Assembly (NCBI GenBank): GCA_951406725.2
Contig: OX597814.1
Coordinates: 139,500,001 to 139,564,000, forward strand
Origin: Octopus vulgaris
Taxonomy: Eukaryota
DNA: 64,000 nt
Reading direction: 5' to 3'
Positions 1 to 11,100 of the stretch are shown here, piece after piece. The translations under genes and the position numbers were made by a program. The first letter of the stretch is position 1. Every line of letters starts with the position of its first letter. The notes under the pieces were generated by a model. That model was not told where the DNA came from. It ran no database searches and worked only from the letters and a program-made list of their open reading frames with translations.

Positions 1-276
1 TTCCAGCACCTCCTCATATATGTATCTGTGTGTGTGTCTGTCTGTTTGTCACCCACCCCCATTGCTTGACAACTAGTGTTAGTTAGTTTACATCTTGCAA
101 TTTGAAGAGAAAGCAAAAGAACCAGTAGAGTAGGTACCATACTTGAAAGGACATAAATACTGGGGTCAGCTTGTTCAACTAAAGCCCTTCAAAGCTAAAT
201 ATTATCTCCCTAACATTCTTCCACTTTTTTATTTGCTGTATTATTCTGCTGATGTAACTCAAGAAGGCAGTACCAA

Positions 277-495
277 GGTGTCGAGCTGGCAGAAATCTTA
301 GCATGCCGGACGAAATGCTTAGTGGTATTTCATCTGTCGTTACGTTCTGTGTTCAAATTCCGCCGAGGTCCACTTTGCCTTTCATCCTTTCGGAGGTTGA
401 TAAATTAAGTACCAGTTGGGTACTGAGGTTAATCTAATTGATTGCCCGCCCCACCTCCAAAAATTTCAGGCCTTGTGCCTAGAGTAGAAAAGATT
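277..495 (+). mobile_element. tRNA-derived SINE, family B (GCCTTTCATCCTTTCGGGGTCGATAAA central domain)
   Basis: A-box-like TGGCAGAA, B-box-like GTTCAAAT. Further copies at about 905-1120(-), 13090-13300(+), 17340-17520(-), 24465-24675(-), 30545-30725(-), 31250-31435(+), 45880-46100(-), 49930-50138(-), 57470-57703(-). The central domain resembles the Meta/MESC SINE domain (from memory). Confidence 0.85.
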
Positions 496-2037
496 ACTTT
501 TCTCTTAAATTGACAAGAAGGTCATCCATTCAGTTCTGTCAGCCATCACTTCCTTTCCCCCAAGTCTCTCTTGCTATTGACATCCATCACTTACTCTTAT
601 TGTCCACCTCCATATCTCTCTCTCTCTCTCTTCCCAGTCTCCTATCGCTCTCTTTCTAACCAAAACAGTCTTACAACCTTCATCCACCCATCCTGATTAT
701 TCTTCTGTTCACGTTCTGGAATGTGTTACCTAGAGTGTATGATTGACTAAAAACACCTCAAGGTAGTTCCCCCCACATGGCCACAACCATTGACTAAAAC
801 CAGTAAAATAATGTTTAAATGCATAAAGTAATCAAAAGCAGATGTTTCTATGTTGTCATAAGGGATCACAATGGCTCACTAGACAAGGTATTGACTGAGA
901 CATTATCTTTTTCTGCTCTAGGCACAAAGCCTGAAATTTTTGGGGCGGGGGTCAGTCAATTAGATCAACCCCAGTATGCAGCTGGTACTTAATTTATTGA
1001 CCCAAAAAGGATGAAAGGCAAAGTCAACCTCGGCAGGATTTGAACTCAGAACGTAAAGATAGACAAAATACCGCTAAGCATTTTGCTCGGTGTGCTAACG
1101 TTTCAGCCAGCTCACTGCCTTAGACTGAAACATTATCACTTCATAATACTGTAGTTGGCTGTGTGCTGTCTGTTGTGGCAAAGCCTCATAAGCTTTGCTG
1201 GCATTAGATGAGGTAAGAAAGAAGAAAATGTACTATGGTAGTGGTGAGCTGAATTGGCTAGAAGTTTGAGGGTTCATAATGTTAAGAGTATTTCTCAAAT
1301 ATCCAATACTAACTATAAATCTTTCTAATCAAATAATTTTTCATAAATATTTTTTTCTTTAACACATTTTTTATCATATTTTTGTTGAAATACACTGCCT
1401 TTGCTTCAATTAATTTTGAAAATAATGAAGAATTCAGTAAAATAATTTTGTCTTGGAAGACAGACATTAAATTATAAAAATGATGATGATGATTAAGCTG
1501 GTGTCTGGAACATGAATTAACATTGAATTTTGAAGGAAAGTTTTAAACAAGATAACTTTAAAGCATGACGTTTATATTGTAGAAACAAGGGCAATCTCAG
1601 GCAGATTGGTATTAAAAGGGTTTCACAGGAGAGTAATAATATCAGACCAGATCTAGAATAGAAAGAGCATGTCATTGATGAGGTTATGAATGGTGACACA
1701 CATACTTTAACTAACCTACCTGACTGATTTATTTACTGAGTGTTTAATCACACAATTGATTAGTCAGTTGGCTAACTATTTAACCAATTTACAAATAAAA
1801 GATAAACAAAGGTGGTGCTCCAGCATGGCCGCAGTCAAATGACTGAAACAAGTAAAAGAGTAAAAGTGAAATATAACCTGTGTGTGTTTATTGTTGGCAT
1901 AGTGACCCTCCCAAGATACAACAAAATATGTTTCAACACAGGAGTTCACAGCAAGAATCTTGCAAACCAAATACAAAAACAAAATATTTTAAATTTTCTT
2001 ATCAAATCATTTTATGAATATTTCTTTCATTTTCCAG

Positions 2038-2134
2038 GTAAAATTTTCAACAACGATGTAAAAAACTTGCTCGTTGCCAGTCCAACAGAAAATCATCCCA
2101 AAACAGAAGTATTGTATAAATGTAAGAAATGCAG
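2038..2134 (+). CDS. DUSP12: DUSP12/YVH1 internal exon (linker and start of zinc-binding domain)
   Basis: Polypyrimidine tract + ccag acceptor (2036-37), donor AG|gtaagg at 2135. Translates (G)KIFNNDVKNLLVASPTENHPKTEVLYKCKKC(R); LYKCKKCR matches the LYKCRKCR opening of the DUSP12 zinc domain. Phase joins the next exon in frame. Confidence 0.88.
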
Positions 2135-4350
2135 GTAAGGAAAAGAATTTAATGTATGACAGATGTCTAAGTTGAATCCTCAAGTGAGTAGCCCTAACCC
2201 CAAATGTTAGACATTTTGTTATAAATGAATGACTGACTGATGCCTTATGAGTGGAATTGGTTGACCAATGTTTTGTGAGATGGAAACTGAGAAGAAACAT
2301 TATCATCATCTTCATTTAACATTTTTCCATGGTTGCATAGGTCAGATGGAGTTTGTTGAGGTAGATTTTCTATAGTTGGATGCCCATTCAGTTGCCAACC
2401 CTCATTTGTTATGGAGCTAGACCCAGGGAAAATATGTAACACAAGATGGGCTGTGAATAATGTCTTTGGATCTTAGGATGCATGCATTTCTGTGTTGTTG
2501 CACTTTGTCAGCTATGATCACCAAATCTGTTGAGAATAAAATTATTCTTATTAAAGCAACATGTGGAACACATTCTGATGTGTTTAAAATTTAGTCAATC
2601 TAGAATAAAATAAATAATGTTACATAAAGCAGCTTTGAATGAAATATATTCATGTAAAGACATATTTAATATGGTCAAGTGCAGTTGGATGTGAGAAGAC
2701 CTTTCAACGAGGAGCTAGACCTAGGAGAAAATTCTCAATGACAGATTTGGTGTTTGTAGCTGACAAAGGGAAATGACACAGAAACTTATGCATCCTACAA
2801 TCCAATAAAAAATAATGGGTTCATTAGGTTAAGTTTTATTTGTGAAACACAATTGCTTTGAATTTACTTAAGAAAGAGGTCTATGTTTGTGATGGTTAGT
2901 TGGGGGTGGGGTCACTAGGAATGTGGCCCAGATGTCAAGGGGACAGAAGCCCAAAAAAGTTTGGGAACCACTGATGTAGAGCTTCAAGTTGATCAATGCC
3001 TTGTGAGTGAATTTGACAGACAGAAACTGTGAGGAAGCTCATTGTATAACGTGTGTGTTTGTTCTCCACCACTGTTTGATGACTGGTTTTGGTTTGTTTA
3101 CATCCTCATAGCTTAGTGGTTCAGCAAAAGAGACCAATAGAATAAGTACTACTCCTAAAAATTTAGTAATGAGATTGATTTGTTTGACTAAACCTTTCAA
3201 GGTGGTGCCCCAGCATGGCCACTGTTCAATGACTGAAGCAAGTAAAAGAGGAACGGTAAAGGATAAAGATACACACTTTTTAAACACACATACAAAAAAA
3301 TGTAGGTAAGGAGCTTTTAAAAAAGATAGATTTTGGGAAAGAAATAGAATTAACAACATGTGTTGTTTCAGTTGTCATTCTTTACCCTCCCTTTGAGTAT
3401 TAACTTTTTAATCAACATTGGCAACATTATCGTCTGTTTAACGTTCGCATCTCCATCTTAACATGGTTGGATGGAATTTGTTTGGGCAGATTTTTTTATG
3501 ACCAGATACCCTTCCTGTCACCAACTCTTCCTTGTTTCCAAGCAAGTTGATATTTCACCATGAGCAAACATGTTTTCATGGAAGATTAGAAATGAAGGAC
3601 ACTGCTAACATGATGGTGACACTCATTTACAAATATTGCACGTTGCATGCACACACACACACTCACACACCACCATCATCATCATCTGTGGGTTGGATGG
3701 TTTGACAGGTGCTAGCAAGCCAGAGAGCTGCACCAGGCTCCATTGTCTGCTTTAGCATGGTTTCTATGGCTGGATGCCCTTCCTAACACCAACCACTTTA
3801 TAGAATGTACTGGGTGCTTTCTATGTGGCACCAACATCAGTGGGGTTGCCAAGTAACTTGTGAGACAAAGACATCTTGGCTGGAGATACTTGGCTAATCC
3901 AGTAGGAAATGAAAAAAGAGGAAGGTGAGATAGGATTAGGAGACAGTCAGAGTGAGAGAGAAAGAGATGGTGTTGGAGATGTATTGGAGCCTATCTACTG
4001 GAAGCAGTGGGGGGGGATAGAGGGAATGTTTCACAAGAGTGTGAGGGGAGATGTTTAGAAATGGGGAAGAGGTGATATGGCAAGTGATGGTGAGAGAAAT
4101 TGGAATGGCTGGTGGGGGTACTAGATATGCAGATATGCAAGAGCATGAAGAGTGTGCCGATAGGCATGTGGGGGAGAGTGGATATATATGTGTGTGTGTG
4201 TGTATATATATATATACACGCCCAGGAGAGGTTTTGGTATTCAGAAAATCTAAAATGGGAGTTCCATTTATACTTCCTATATCTCTCCCTTTTGAAAATA
4301 ACTTCTTATATTGAACTCTACTATTTTCCTCTATTTAATTCTCTCATATC

Positions 4351-4398
4351 GTCTCTGATGAAGGGATATCCTTCGTTTCCTTGAAACAGCTGTAAGAC
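4351..4398 (+). ncRNA. Minimal type-I hammerhead ribozyme motif
   Basis: GTCT-CTGATGA-AGGGA..TCCTT-GAAA-CAGCTG-TA-AGAC. Stem I GTCT/AGAC, intact core, 5-bp stem II, palindromic stem III ACAGCTGT, GUA site with predicted cleavage after 4394. Confidence 0.8.
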
Positions 4399-4504
4399 TA
4401 CCTTTCTCTTTATAAATATCCTAGAAATTTCATACAGCCTTGACTTTGTTGTCTCATTTTATTTAACACGCGCACACACACACACACATATATAATTGAC
4501 AGAC

Positions 4505-4908
4505 AGGAGTGGCTGTGTGGTAAGTAGCTTGCTTACCAACCACATGGTTCCGGGTTCAGTCCCACTGCGAGGCACCTTGGGCAAGTGTCTTCTACTATAG
4601 CCTCGGGCCGACCAAAGCCTTGTGAGTGGATTTTAGTAGACGGAAACTGAAAGAAGCCCATCGTATATATGTGTGTGTGTGTGTGTGTGTGCGTGTATGT
4701 TTGTGTGTCTGTGTTTGTCCCCCCACCATTGCTTGACAACCGATGCTGGTGTGTTTATGTCCCCGTCACCTAGCGGTTCGGCAAAAGAGACCGATAGAAT
4801 AAGTACTGGGCTTACAAAGAATAAGTCCCAGGGTCAAGTTGCTCAACTAAAGGCGGTGCTCCAGCATGGCCGCAGTCAACTGACTGAAACAAGTAAAAGA
4901 ATAAAAGA
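4505..4908 (+). mobile_element. tRNA-derived CORE-like SINE, family A, full length with internal (TA/TG)n
   Basis: Head GGAGTGGCTGTGTGGTAAG..GGTTCAGTCCC, CORE-like ACCTTGGGCAAGT, internal microsatellite, tail GAAACAAGTAAAAGA. Many copies, e.g. 2985-3250, 12633-13050, 15945-16310, 28345-28720, 39045-39470 (+); 4925-5062, 35595-35750, 37275-37740, 46865-47262, 61130-61280 (-). Confidence 0.9.
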
Positions 4909-5131
4909 GAGAGAGAGAGAGACTTCTTTCGGTTTCCATTCCACTGACAAGTCTTTGGTAAGCCTGGGGCTGTAGTAGAAGACACCTGCCCAAGTTACCA
5001 CACAGTGAGACTGAATCCAAAACCATGCGGCTGGGAAACAAACTTCTTACCACACTGCCATGTTTATATCTTTTATTAACCTTTTAAACCTGAATTAGAA
5101 TATTCATTCATTTTCTTCTTATTTTATTCAG

Positions 5132-5324
5132 GCATCCTTTGTTCCGTGAAAGCTCCCTTCTTTCACACACAACTGGAGACTGGGAGCGATCCTTTGACTG
5201 GAATTCCAAACTATCAAATCTTCGTAAATCTGATTCAGAAAAGAATAAAGTTACTTGTAAAGAATCTCTGTTTGTTGAACCTGTCCAATGGATGGCTGAT
5301 GTAGTTACTAATCAGAGTGGCAAG
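5132..5324 (+). CDS. DUSP12: DUSP12/YVH1 internal exon (zinc-binding domain)
   Basis: ttttattcag acceptor, AAG|gtaaaa donor. Translates (R)HPLFRESSLLSH...CKESLFVEPVQWMADVVTNQSGK; LFR-SS-L-H and F-EPVQWM are DUSP12 hallmarks. Confidence 0.93.
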
Positions 5325-5396
5325 GTAAAAGCAATTATTTCATTGTATATGAAACTTCTGTGTGTATAATTTACGTGTGTGTATGTATGTATATAT

Positions 5397-5822
5397 CATC
5401 ATCGTCATCATCATCATCGTTTAACGTCTGCTTTCCATGCTAGCATGGGTTGGATGATTTGACTGAGTACTGGTGAACCAGATGGCTGCACCAGGCTCCA
5501 ATCTGATCTGGCAGAGTTTCTACAGCTGGATGCCCTTCCTAACACCAACCACTCCAAGAGTGTAGTGGGTGCTTTTACGTGCCACCTGCACAAGAGCCAG
5601 TCCAGCGGCACTGGCAACGACCTCACTCGAATGTTTTTCATGTGCCACTGGCAAGGCGATGCTGGTAACGATCACGCTTGAATGGTGCTTTTTACGTGCC
5701 ACCAGCATGGTAGCCAGTTAACTGCTCTGGCTATGATCACACTCGGATGGTGCTTTTAGTGCTCCACTAGCACGGATGCCAGTCGAATTTGATTTCGACT
5801 TCGATTTCACTTGTCTCAACAG
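5397..5822 (-). mobile_element. SINE-like retroposon, family C ((ATG)n tail, internal ~60-bp tandem units)
   Basis: Reverse copy of GGCACGTAAAAGCACC units + AGGAAGGGCATCCAGCTGTAGAAAC + GACGTTAAACGATGATG tail. Confidence 0.85.
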
Positions 5823-5825
5823 GTA

Positions 5826-5856
<31 letters not shown>

Positions 5857-6340
5857 TATATACACAGGTATGCGGGCACATAGCTTAGTGGTTAGGGTGT
5901 TACACTCACGATCTAGCAATCATGATTTTAATTCCTTTGTGTTTTTGAGCAAAACACTTTATCACTCTGTGATGCTCTGCAACTACTTCAACACCTGATG
6001 CATAGCACACCATGCACCTGTTCAGGCTACATCGATTTGATGTGGAGAGAGTGGTCTGAACATTTGATGACTATAAATGAATCATTTGTACAGGCCATTC
6101 ATCAAAACTGAATGCTCATACGCCATCTTTGACAGAGGGCTCCATCATATATATATATTATTGTTCTTTCTTACAAAATATATAGAATTGCTCAGATCGA
6201 ACCCGAGACAAAAGATAAGAATTAAGATATAAACTCAAATTAGGCAATCAACTGTGTATCTATAAAAAGTCAATTGCCTAATTTGAGTTCATAACTTAAT
6301 TCTTATATAGCAAAATAATTAACAGGATATCAAGAAGTAA

Positions 6341-6426
6341 TGCAGTACAACTGTTTCAACTGGCTCCATTTAATTGAACTATGCAATCATTACACCAATT
6401 TAAATGTAGTGCTATCTTCAGCTGCA
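6341..6426 (-). ncRNA. Degenerate minimal hammerhead ribozyme motif
   Basis: Minus strand TGCAG-CTGAAGA-(long, poorly paired stem II)-GAAA-CAGTTG-TA-CTGCA. Stem I has 5 perfect pairs and the core is intact. Confidence 0.55.
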
Positions 6427-6644
6427 CAAAATATAGAATTTTTTAACAAGTAGGACACATTAATATAATTTTTCTTAAGTATTTTAACAGAGTAAGATAT
6501 ATTAGATATACTACCTCTGAAACAAAGCATGGTGACTCATGATTTGGATGCCTCTGATAATAAGATCTGCTCAATTTTCTGACACATTGTTGTAAAATGA
6601 TGTTCTTAAATTTTTCTCTTTCTATCTAAGAAGAATAAGGTAAG

Positions 6645-7544
6645 TACAAAGTGGTATCAAAAAGTTCCCAGATTAGTTCTGTAGTGCACTAGCAGATGGC
6701 AGCACACGATTGTGTGTGCAGTGAGAGCTAGCAGTGACCTTCATAAGGCAGTGGGCTGAGTGACATCCCTGTGTTTACTTTGCAAGTTTTTAAATTTGCA
6801 TTTTTGTGATCATGTGTATGCTGTACAATGTGATTTTGTCATGGATAGTAACAAAGAGCCAGCATGAAATTTAGGCTAAACTTGAGAAGTCTGCTACAGA
6901 GACATTGAGCATGCTTCGGCAAGCTTACAGCGATGAGGCAATGGATTATATACAATGTTTCGAGGGGCACAGGTACTTCAAAAGTGGAAGAATCTCCCTG
7001 GAAGACTTGTCACAAGTGTCACCCCTGGAAATATGGTTCTGTGTATTGAGAATTTATCCCCCAGGGCCAGACTGTCAATCGAGAGTTCTACTATAACATT
7101 TTGAGGCATTTGAGGTCAAACATTTGGCAAAATCAACCAGATCTGCAGAATGTAAAGAATTGGATTCTGCATAACAATGCACCCCGCCTCCGAGCTCTCC
7201 TCTCTTGTGAGTTTCTCACCAAAAACCACATGGTATTGCTTCTGCACACACCCTGTTCACCAGATTTAGCACTTGTGGACTTCTGTCTCTTCTCCAAGAT
7301 AAGAATTCTGCTCAAAGGTCACCATTTTACCACCATTGTTGAGAGCCAGAGCGAATCACAGATGGTCTTCAACTTGCTTATAGAAAATTACTTCCAGACC
7401 AGGTTCCAAAAGTGGCAGGAATGCTGGGACCAGTGTATTGTTGCACAAGGTGTCTATTTCAAAGTGATGATGTTAAAACTTAGATAAATAAGTTACTTTT
7501 TATTTAACATAACTAGTCTGGAAACCTTTTGATACCACCTCATA
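6645..7544 (+). mobile_element. Internally deleted mariner (DD34D-type) transposon
   Basis: TIRs (ta)caaagtggtatcaaaaagttccc / gaaaccttttgataccacctca(ta). ORF 7101-7487 has WILHNNAP..PCSPDLALVDFCLF..WQECWDQCIVAQG, a decayed HDNAP/YSPDLAPxD set. Confidence 0.92.
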
Positions 7545-7849
7545 GGATCTATCTTGGATAATTGAGCAACATGGCACAAACAGTCTGAGCTAGTGCTCCT
7601 GAATCATACAAGTAACAGGACACATCCCAGTTTCTACATCAGACCCAGAATTTTTTCTAGATGTTTGTATGATCAGAAAATAGTTGCAACAATTAGTGCA
7701 AATATTTGCAAAAATTAGCACATGATATTTAGTTTAATAACATTCTGTGCAAGAATTATGAAATATTGAACAGATATTCCAATAAAAATTACTTGGAAAT
7801 TCTAATCTAATTATCATTAGCTAATCTGTTTATTCATTCATTTTTGCAG

Positions 7850-7898
7850 CTAACATGTCCAAAGTGTTTGGCAAAAATTGGATCATTCATTTGGTGTG
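7850..7898 (+). CDS. DUSP12: DUSP12/YVH1 49-bp exon (missed by ORF track)
   Basis: tttttgcag acceptor, G|gtaagt donor. Translates LTCPKCLAKIGSFIWC(G), matching the LxCPKCxAKLGSFxWxG motif. Phases agree with both neighbours. Confidence 0.93.
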
Positions 7899-7989
7899 GT
7901 AAGTTTGTATTTATTAATTTTTTGTCAAATCCTTAAAATGTCTATCCTAAAGACATAGATAAATTCAATTTCATGACTCTCATCACTCA

Positions 7990-9448
7990 CAACACCTGGT
8001 GGTTACAGTTTGGTCTATACCACTGTCTTGCTTGGCCTCTGCTCATATATGAAATTGCTTTGTCTAGAATAGAGATCGTGCTGTATTTACATCAGAAAAT
8101 TGCTTGGTCTACCTTGAATAATTAACAGTTCAGTGCTATGTTGAAATAGGTCTCTTTGACTACCTATAACATCAATCATTGAGATCTGAAAAGGTGAAAA
8201 CAGTCATGATTTTGAGGGAATTTGATGACGTAGAAATATGAGATAATCTGTCAGATGTCAAAACTACAAGAAAATGGAATGTTGAGAAAGAAGTTGATGA
8301 CATGATAGCATCACTTGAATATTGAGATACAGTGGGAGCAATTCAAAGAGACCAGAAAGATGTTGGTTGTAATCCATTTAAACCATTTTCAACCATGACT
8401 CAGAGGGAGAGCAGAGCTGCTGGTAGTGGCCATATTAAAGCTGGAGAAGCAGAGAAAAAGGAACTGCATTTCGATTCACTGCTCTCAGCAAAGTCAGATG
8501 ACCAAATGGGAAGAAGAGGTTATGGAAAGGAAAGTGGGTTGGAATGAGATCTGGAGGTGAAACACATTACAGCTGAGCTTCTTTCTTAAAGCTACCAATG
8601 ATGTATTGTCATCTTCCTACAATCTTCTGAGATGGAAAATAGTGAATGACAACAAATGTAAATGTATAAAAGTTAGCTCACTAAAGCCTATTCTATCTAA
8701 CCAAGAGGGATGAGTAGAAAATCAATGAAACTTGGATATTTAGGACAGTATGGATCTGTAATCAGAAGCAGGATCAGTACAAAGGTATATGAAGGAGACT
8801 GAAAGTGATTACAAGTGTAGCAAAACTTTTGGTACCAAAGTAAGACTCATGATCCACCAAGGCAAGTAATGTATGTACAAATGAAAACAGTGTAGGTCAT
8901 TTGATTGTCAAACACAAAGCAAATCATCCCAGGAGTCAAACCACAGTGGATTGATAAGTTCTCCAGCTGAAGTTCTTTAAAATCTCTAGGCCAAGATGCC
9001 TCTTCCCCAGAAAAGATGATGAAGAAACCAAAGATTTTGTGACCAGTTGTACATGAGAAAGCCAGTTACCCAACTTACAAAGGTAAAGTATGGGAGATGA
9101 TCCATAAAATGAAGGGGTCAACCCAAGACAAACTGAATAAGCTCACAAGCAAGATCTATGAGCTTAGTAAGAAGCAGCCATCTACTAAGTGCAGCAAAAG
9201 TAGATGAGAAAGGAAAAGGAAACAGTTAAGGAAAAGGAAGAAGAAATTATGGAAACATTGAAAACAGGCCAGACCTGAAGCAAAAGAAGGTTTGTTAGCC
9301 CTGTATGAAGATCTAAAGAAAAAATGTCATAACATGCAAAGAAATATCAGGTATGTTGACAGAAGGAAGGGGAGTAAATGGATGAGAGAACAGTTCCTTA
9401 AGAACCTTTATGGGGTGACTAAGAAATTATTTTCAAAGACTAAGAGTA
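7990..9448 (+). mobile_element. Decayed Hero-like (R2-group) non-LTR retrotransposon fragments
   Basis: Manual translation gives WWLQFGLYHCLAWPLLIYEI, TRKWNVEKEVD..*DTVGA, LSFFLKATNDVLSSSYNLLRW and REQFLKNLYGVTKKLF, resembling Hero ORF motifs (from memory). Stops and frameshifts present. Confidence 0.65.
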
Positions 9449-9775
9449 TCATCATCATTTAATGTCCGCTTTCCATGCTGGCATAGGTTAGACAGTTTGA
9501 CTGAGGACTGGCAAGCCTGGAAGCTGCACCAGGCTCCAATCTGATCTGGTAAGGTTTCTACAGCTTGATGCCCTTCCTAACGCCAACCACTCCAAGATTG
9601 TAGTGGCTGCTTTTTACATGCCACTGGCATGGGGGCCAGTCAGGCAGGGCCACACTCAAATGGTGCTTTTTACATGCCACCAGCATGGGTGCCAGTCAGG
9701 CAGCACTGGCATCGGCCACAACCACGATTTCACTTGACTCAGCAGGTCTTCTCAAGCACAGCATATTGCCCAAGA
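9449..9775 (-). mobile_element. SINE-like family C copy
   Basis: Reverse copy with (CAT)n tail at 9449 and two internal units. Confidence 0.85.
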
Positions 9776-9909
9776 CGAACTAGATGGACATGTACAGGTG
9801 ACTTACAAAATTTTTATCTAATCAAGGTTCCTAGTTCTAATTTAGCCTGAGGCTGTATACATTTACTGGAATAAAAACACCTGATAATGATTACAAATTG
9901 AGTCCATTG

Positions 9910-10265
9910 AAATCGAATTGAACCAGCCAGGATCCCTGGTCTGGTGGTACGTAAAAAGCACTATCCGACTCGTGGCCGATGCCAGCGCCGCCTCGACTGG
10001 CTTCCGTGCCGGTGGCACGTAAAATACACCAATCCGACCGTGGCCGTTGCCAGCCTCGCCTGGCACCTGTGCAGGTGGCACGTAAAAAGCACCCACTACA
10101 CTCACAGAGTGGTTGGCGTTAGGAAGGGCATCCAGCTGTAGAAACATTGCCAGATAAGACTGGAGCCTGGTGCAGCCTTCTGGCTTCCCAGATCACCGGT
10201 CGAACCGTCCAACCCATGCTAGCATGAAGAACGGACGTTAAACGATGATGATGATGATGATGATG
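9910..10265 (+). mobile_element. SINE-like family C copy (CpG-rich, probably young)
   Basis: Three GGTGGCACGTAAAAAGCAC-like units then the (GAT)n tail; very similar to 40250-40595. Other copies at about 15358-15758(-), 29995-30418(+), 34650-34975(+), 56885-57045(+), 62088-62562(+). Confidence 0.88.
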
Positions 10266-10411
10266 AAACATTGTGCAATTAAAAGTACTGTATAACTGAA
10301 AAACTATTATCCTAATTTTGAAATGAGCTTCTCAGAAATTAACTTATTTTTCTTAAATCTGTTTTTAATTATTGGTTATGTATTTATAATTTTTTTCTTC
10401 TTCATTTCTAG

Positions 10412-10560
10412 GTGAAAAATGCCCATGTGGATCATGGGTTGCTCCAGCATTTCATATCCAGAAAAATAAAGTGGATTTGTGTCGGCCCTTTGTTCTTGTT
10501 CCACGGGTTCTTCCTGACAACCAGTTTATGCAAGAAACAGTTGCTACATCCTGCAGCTGA
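10412..10560 (+). CDS. DUSP12: DUSP12/YVH1 terminal coding exon (missed by ORF track)
   Basis: ttcatttctag acceptor. Translates (G)EKCPCGSWVAPAFHIQKNKVDLCRPFVLVPRVLPDNQFMQETVATSCS*, TGA at 10558-60. CxCGxWxxPAFxIxKNxVD is the end of the DUSP12 zinc domain. Confidence 0.93.
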
Positions 10561-10704
10561 GAGATTATGTTCATCTTGACTGCCAAACCCGAAAATTAAA
10601 AATTTTGAACAATAATAAATAAAGAGGGGGGGGGATATACTTTTTTTTTTTACTTTGTTATTTTGATCCTATCAAATCCACAGCTGCTGGCAGCCATATT
10701 ACAT

Positions 10705-11100
10705 GTGTGTACTTAAGACCTTTGCTCCTGATGGAGCATAGGACATCAGCGACTTTCTTCCACTGGTCTTGACTTGTGGTGGGGCTGTCTCCTGGTGATC
10801 AGAAAAGGGGTCAGCCTTGCAGTTTCCTTTTGGATTTTGCTATACCACATAAAGCCTTCTTCTCCCAGGTTTTGTTTGTTATGAATTGTCATCTATGTTT
10901 CTGTAACATTGCTAGGTAGAGATGTTGACCCTATGCAAACCCATTTTTACCTCTGGGAAGAGGTGGTCTATATTAGTCCAACCTCTGTCCTTTGACCTGT
11001 CCAGCACAGGAGGTCTTACTACAAGCTTCACTCTGCTGGCATAGTTCTCTGAGTCACTGGGACACACAAGCCACCACATCACAATGAGGACTGGACTTTG
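10705..11100 (-). mobile_element. Short non-autonomous RTE derivative (5' UTR-like part joined to 3' tail)
   Basis: Minus strand ends with SQDQWKKVADVLCSIRSKGLK, typical of an RTE C-terminus, and starts with an RTE-5'-UTR-like TTGTGATGTGGTGGCTTGTGTGTCCCAGTGA. Confidence 0.6.

Noticed and set aside
1812-2138. 108-aa ORF as a stand-alone gene (likewise 5139-5369)
   Set aside because: Only the splice-bounded parts are coding; the remainder is SINE or intron.
4505-4580. tRNA gene at SINE heads (and at 51148-51218)
   Set aside because: A/B boxes are present but there is no clean cloverleaf; the sequence continues into a SINE body or has an aberrant anticodon loop.
7101-7487. Functional or domesticated mariner transposase
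   Set aside because: Catalytic motifs altered, middle deleted, frameshifted.
9940-10095. Repeat-spacer pattern resembling a CRISPR array
   Set aside because: Spacers are homologous to each other and recur in dispersed copies with an (ATG)n tail; eukaryotic context, no cas genes.
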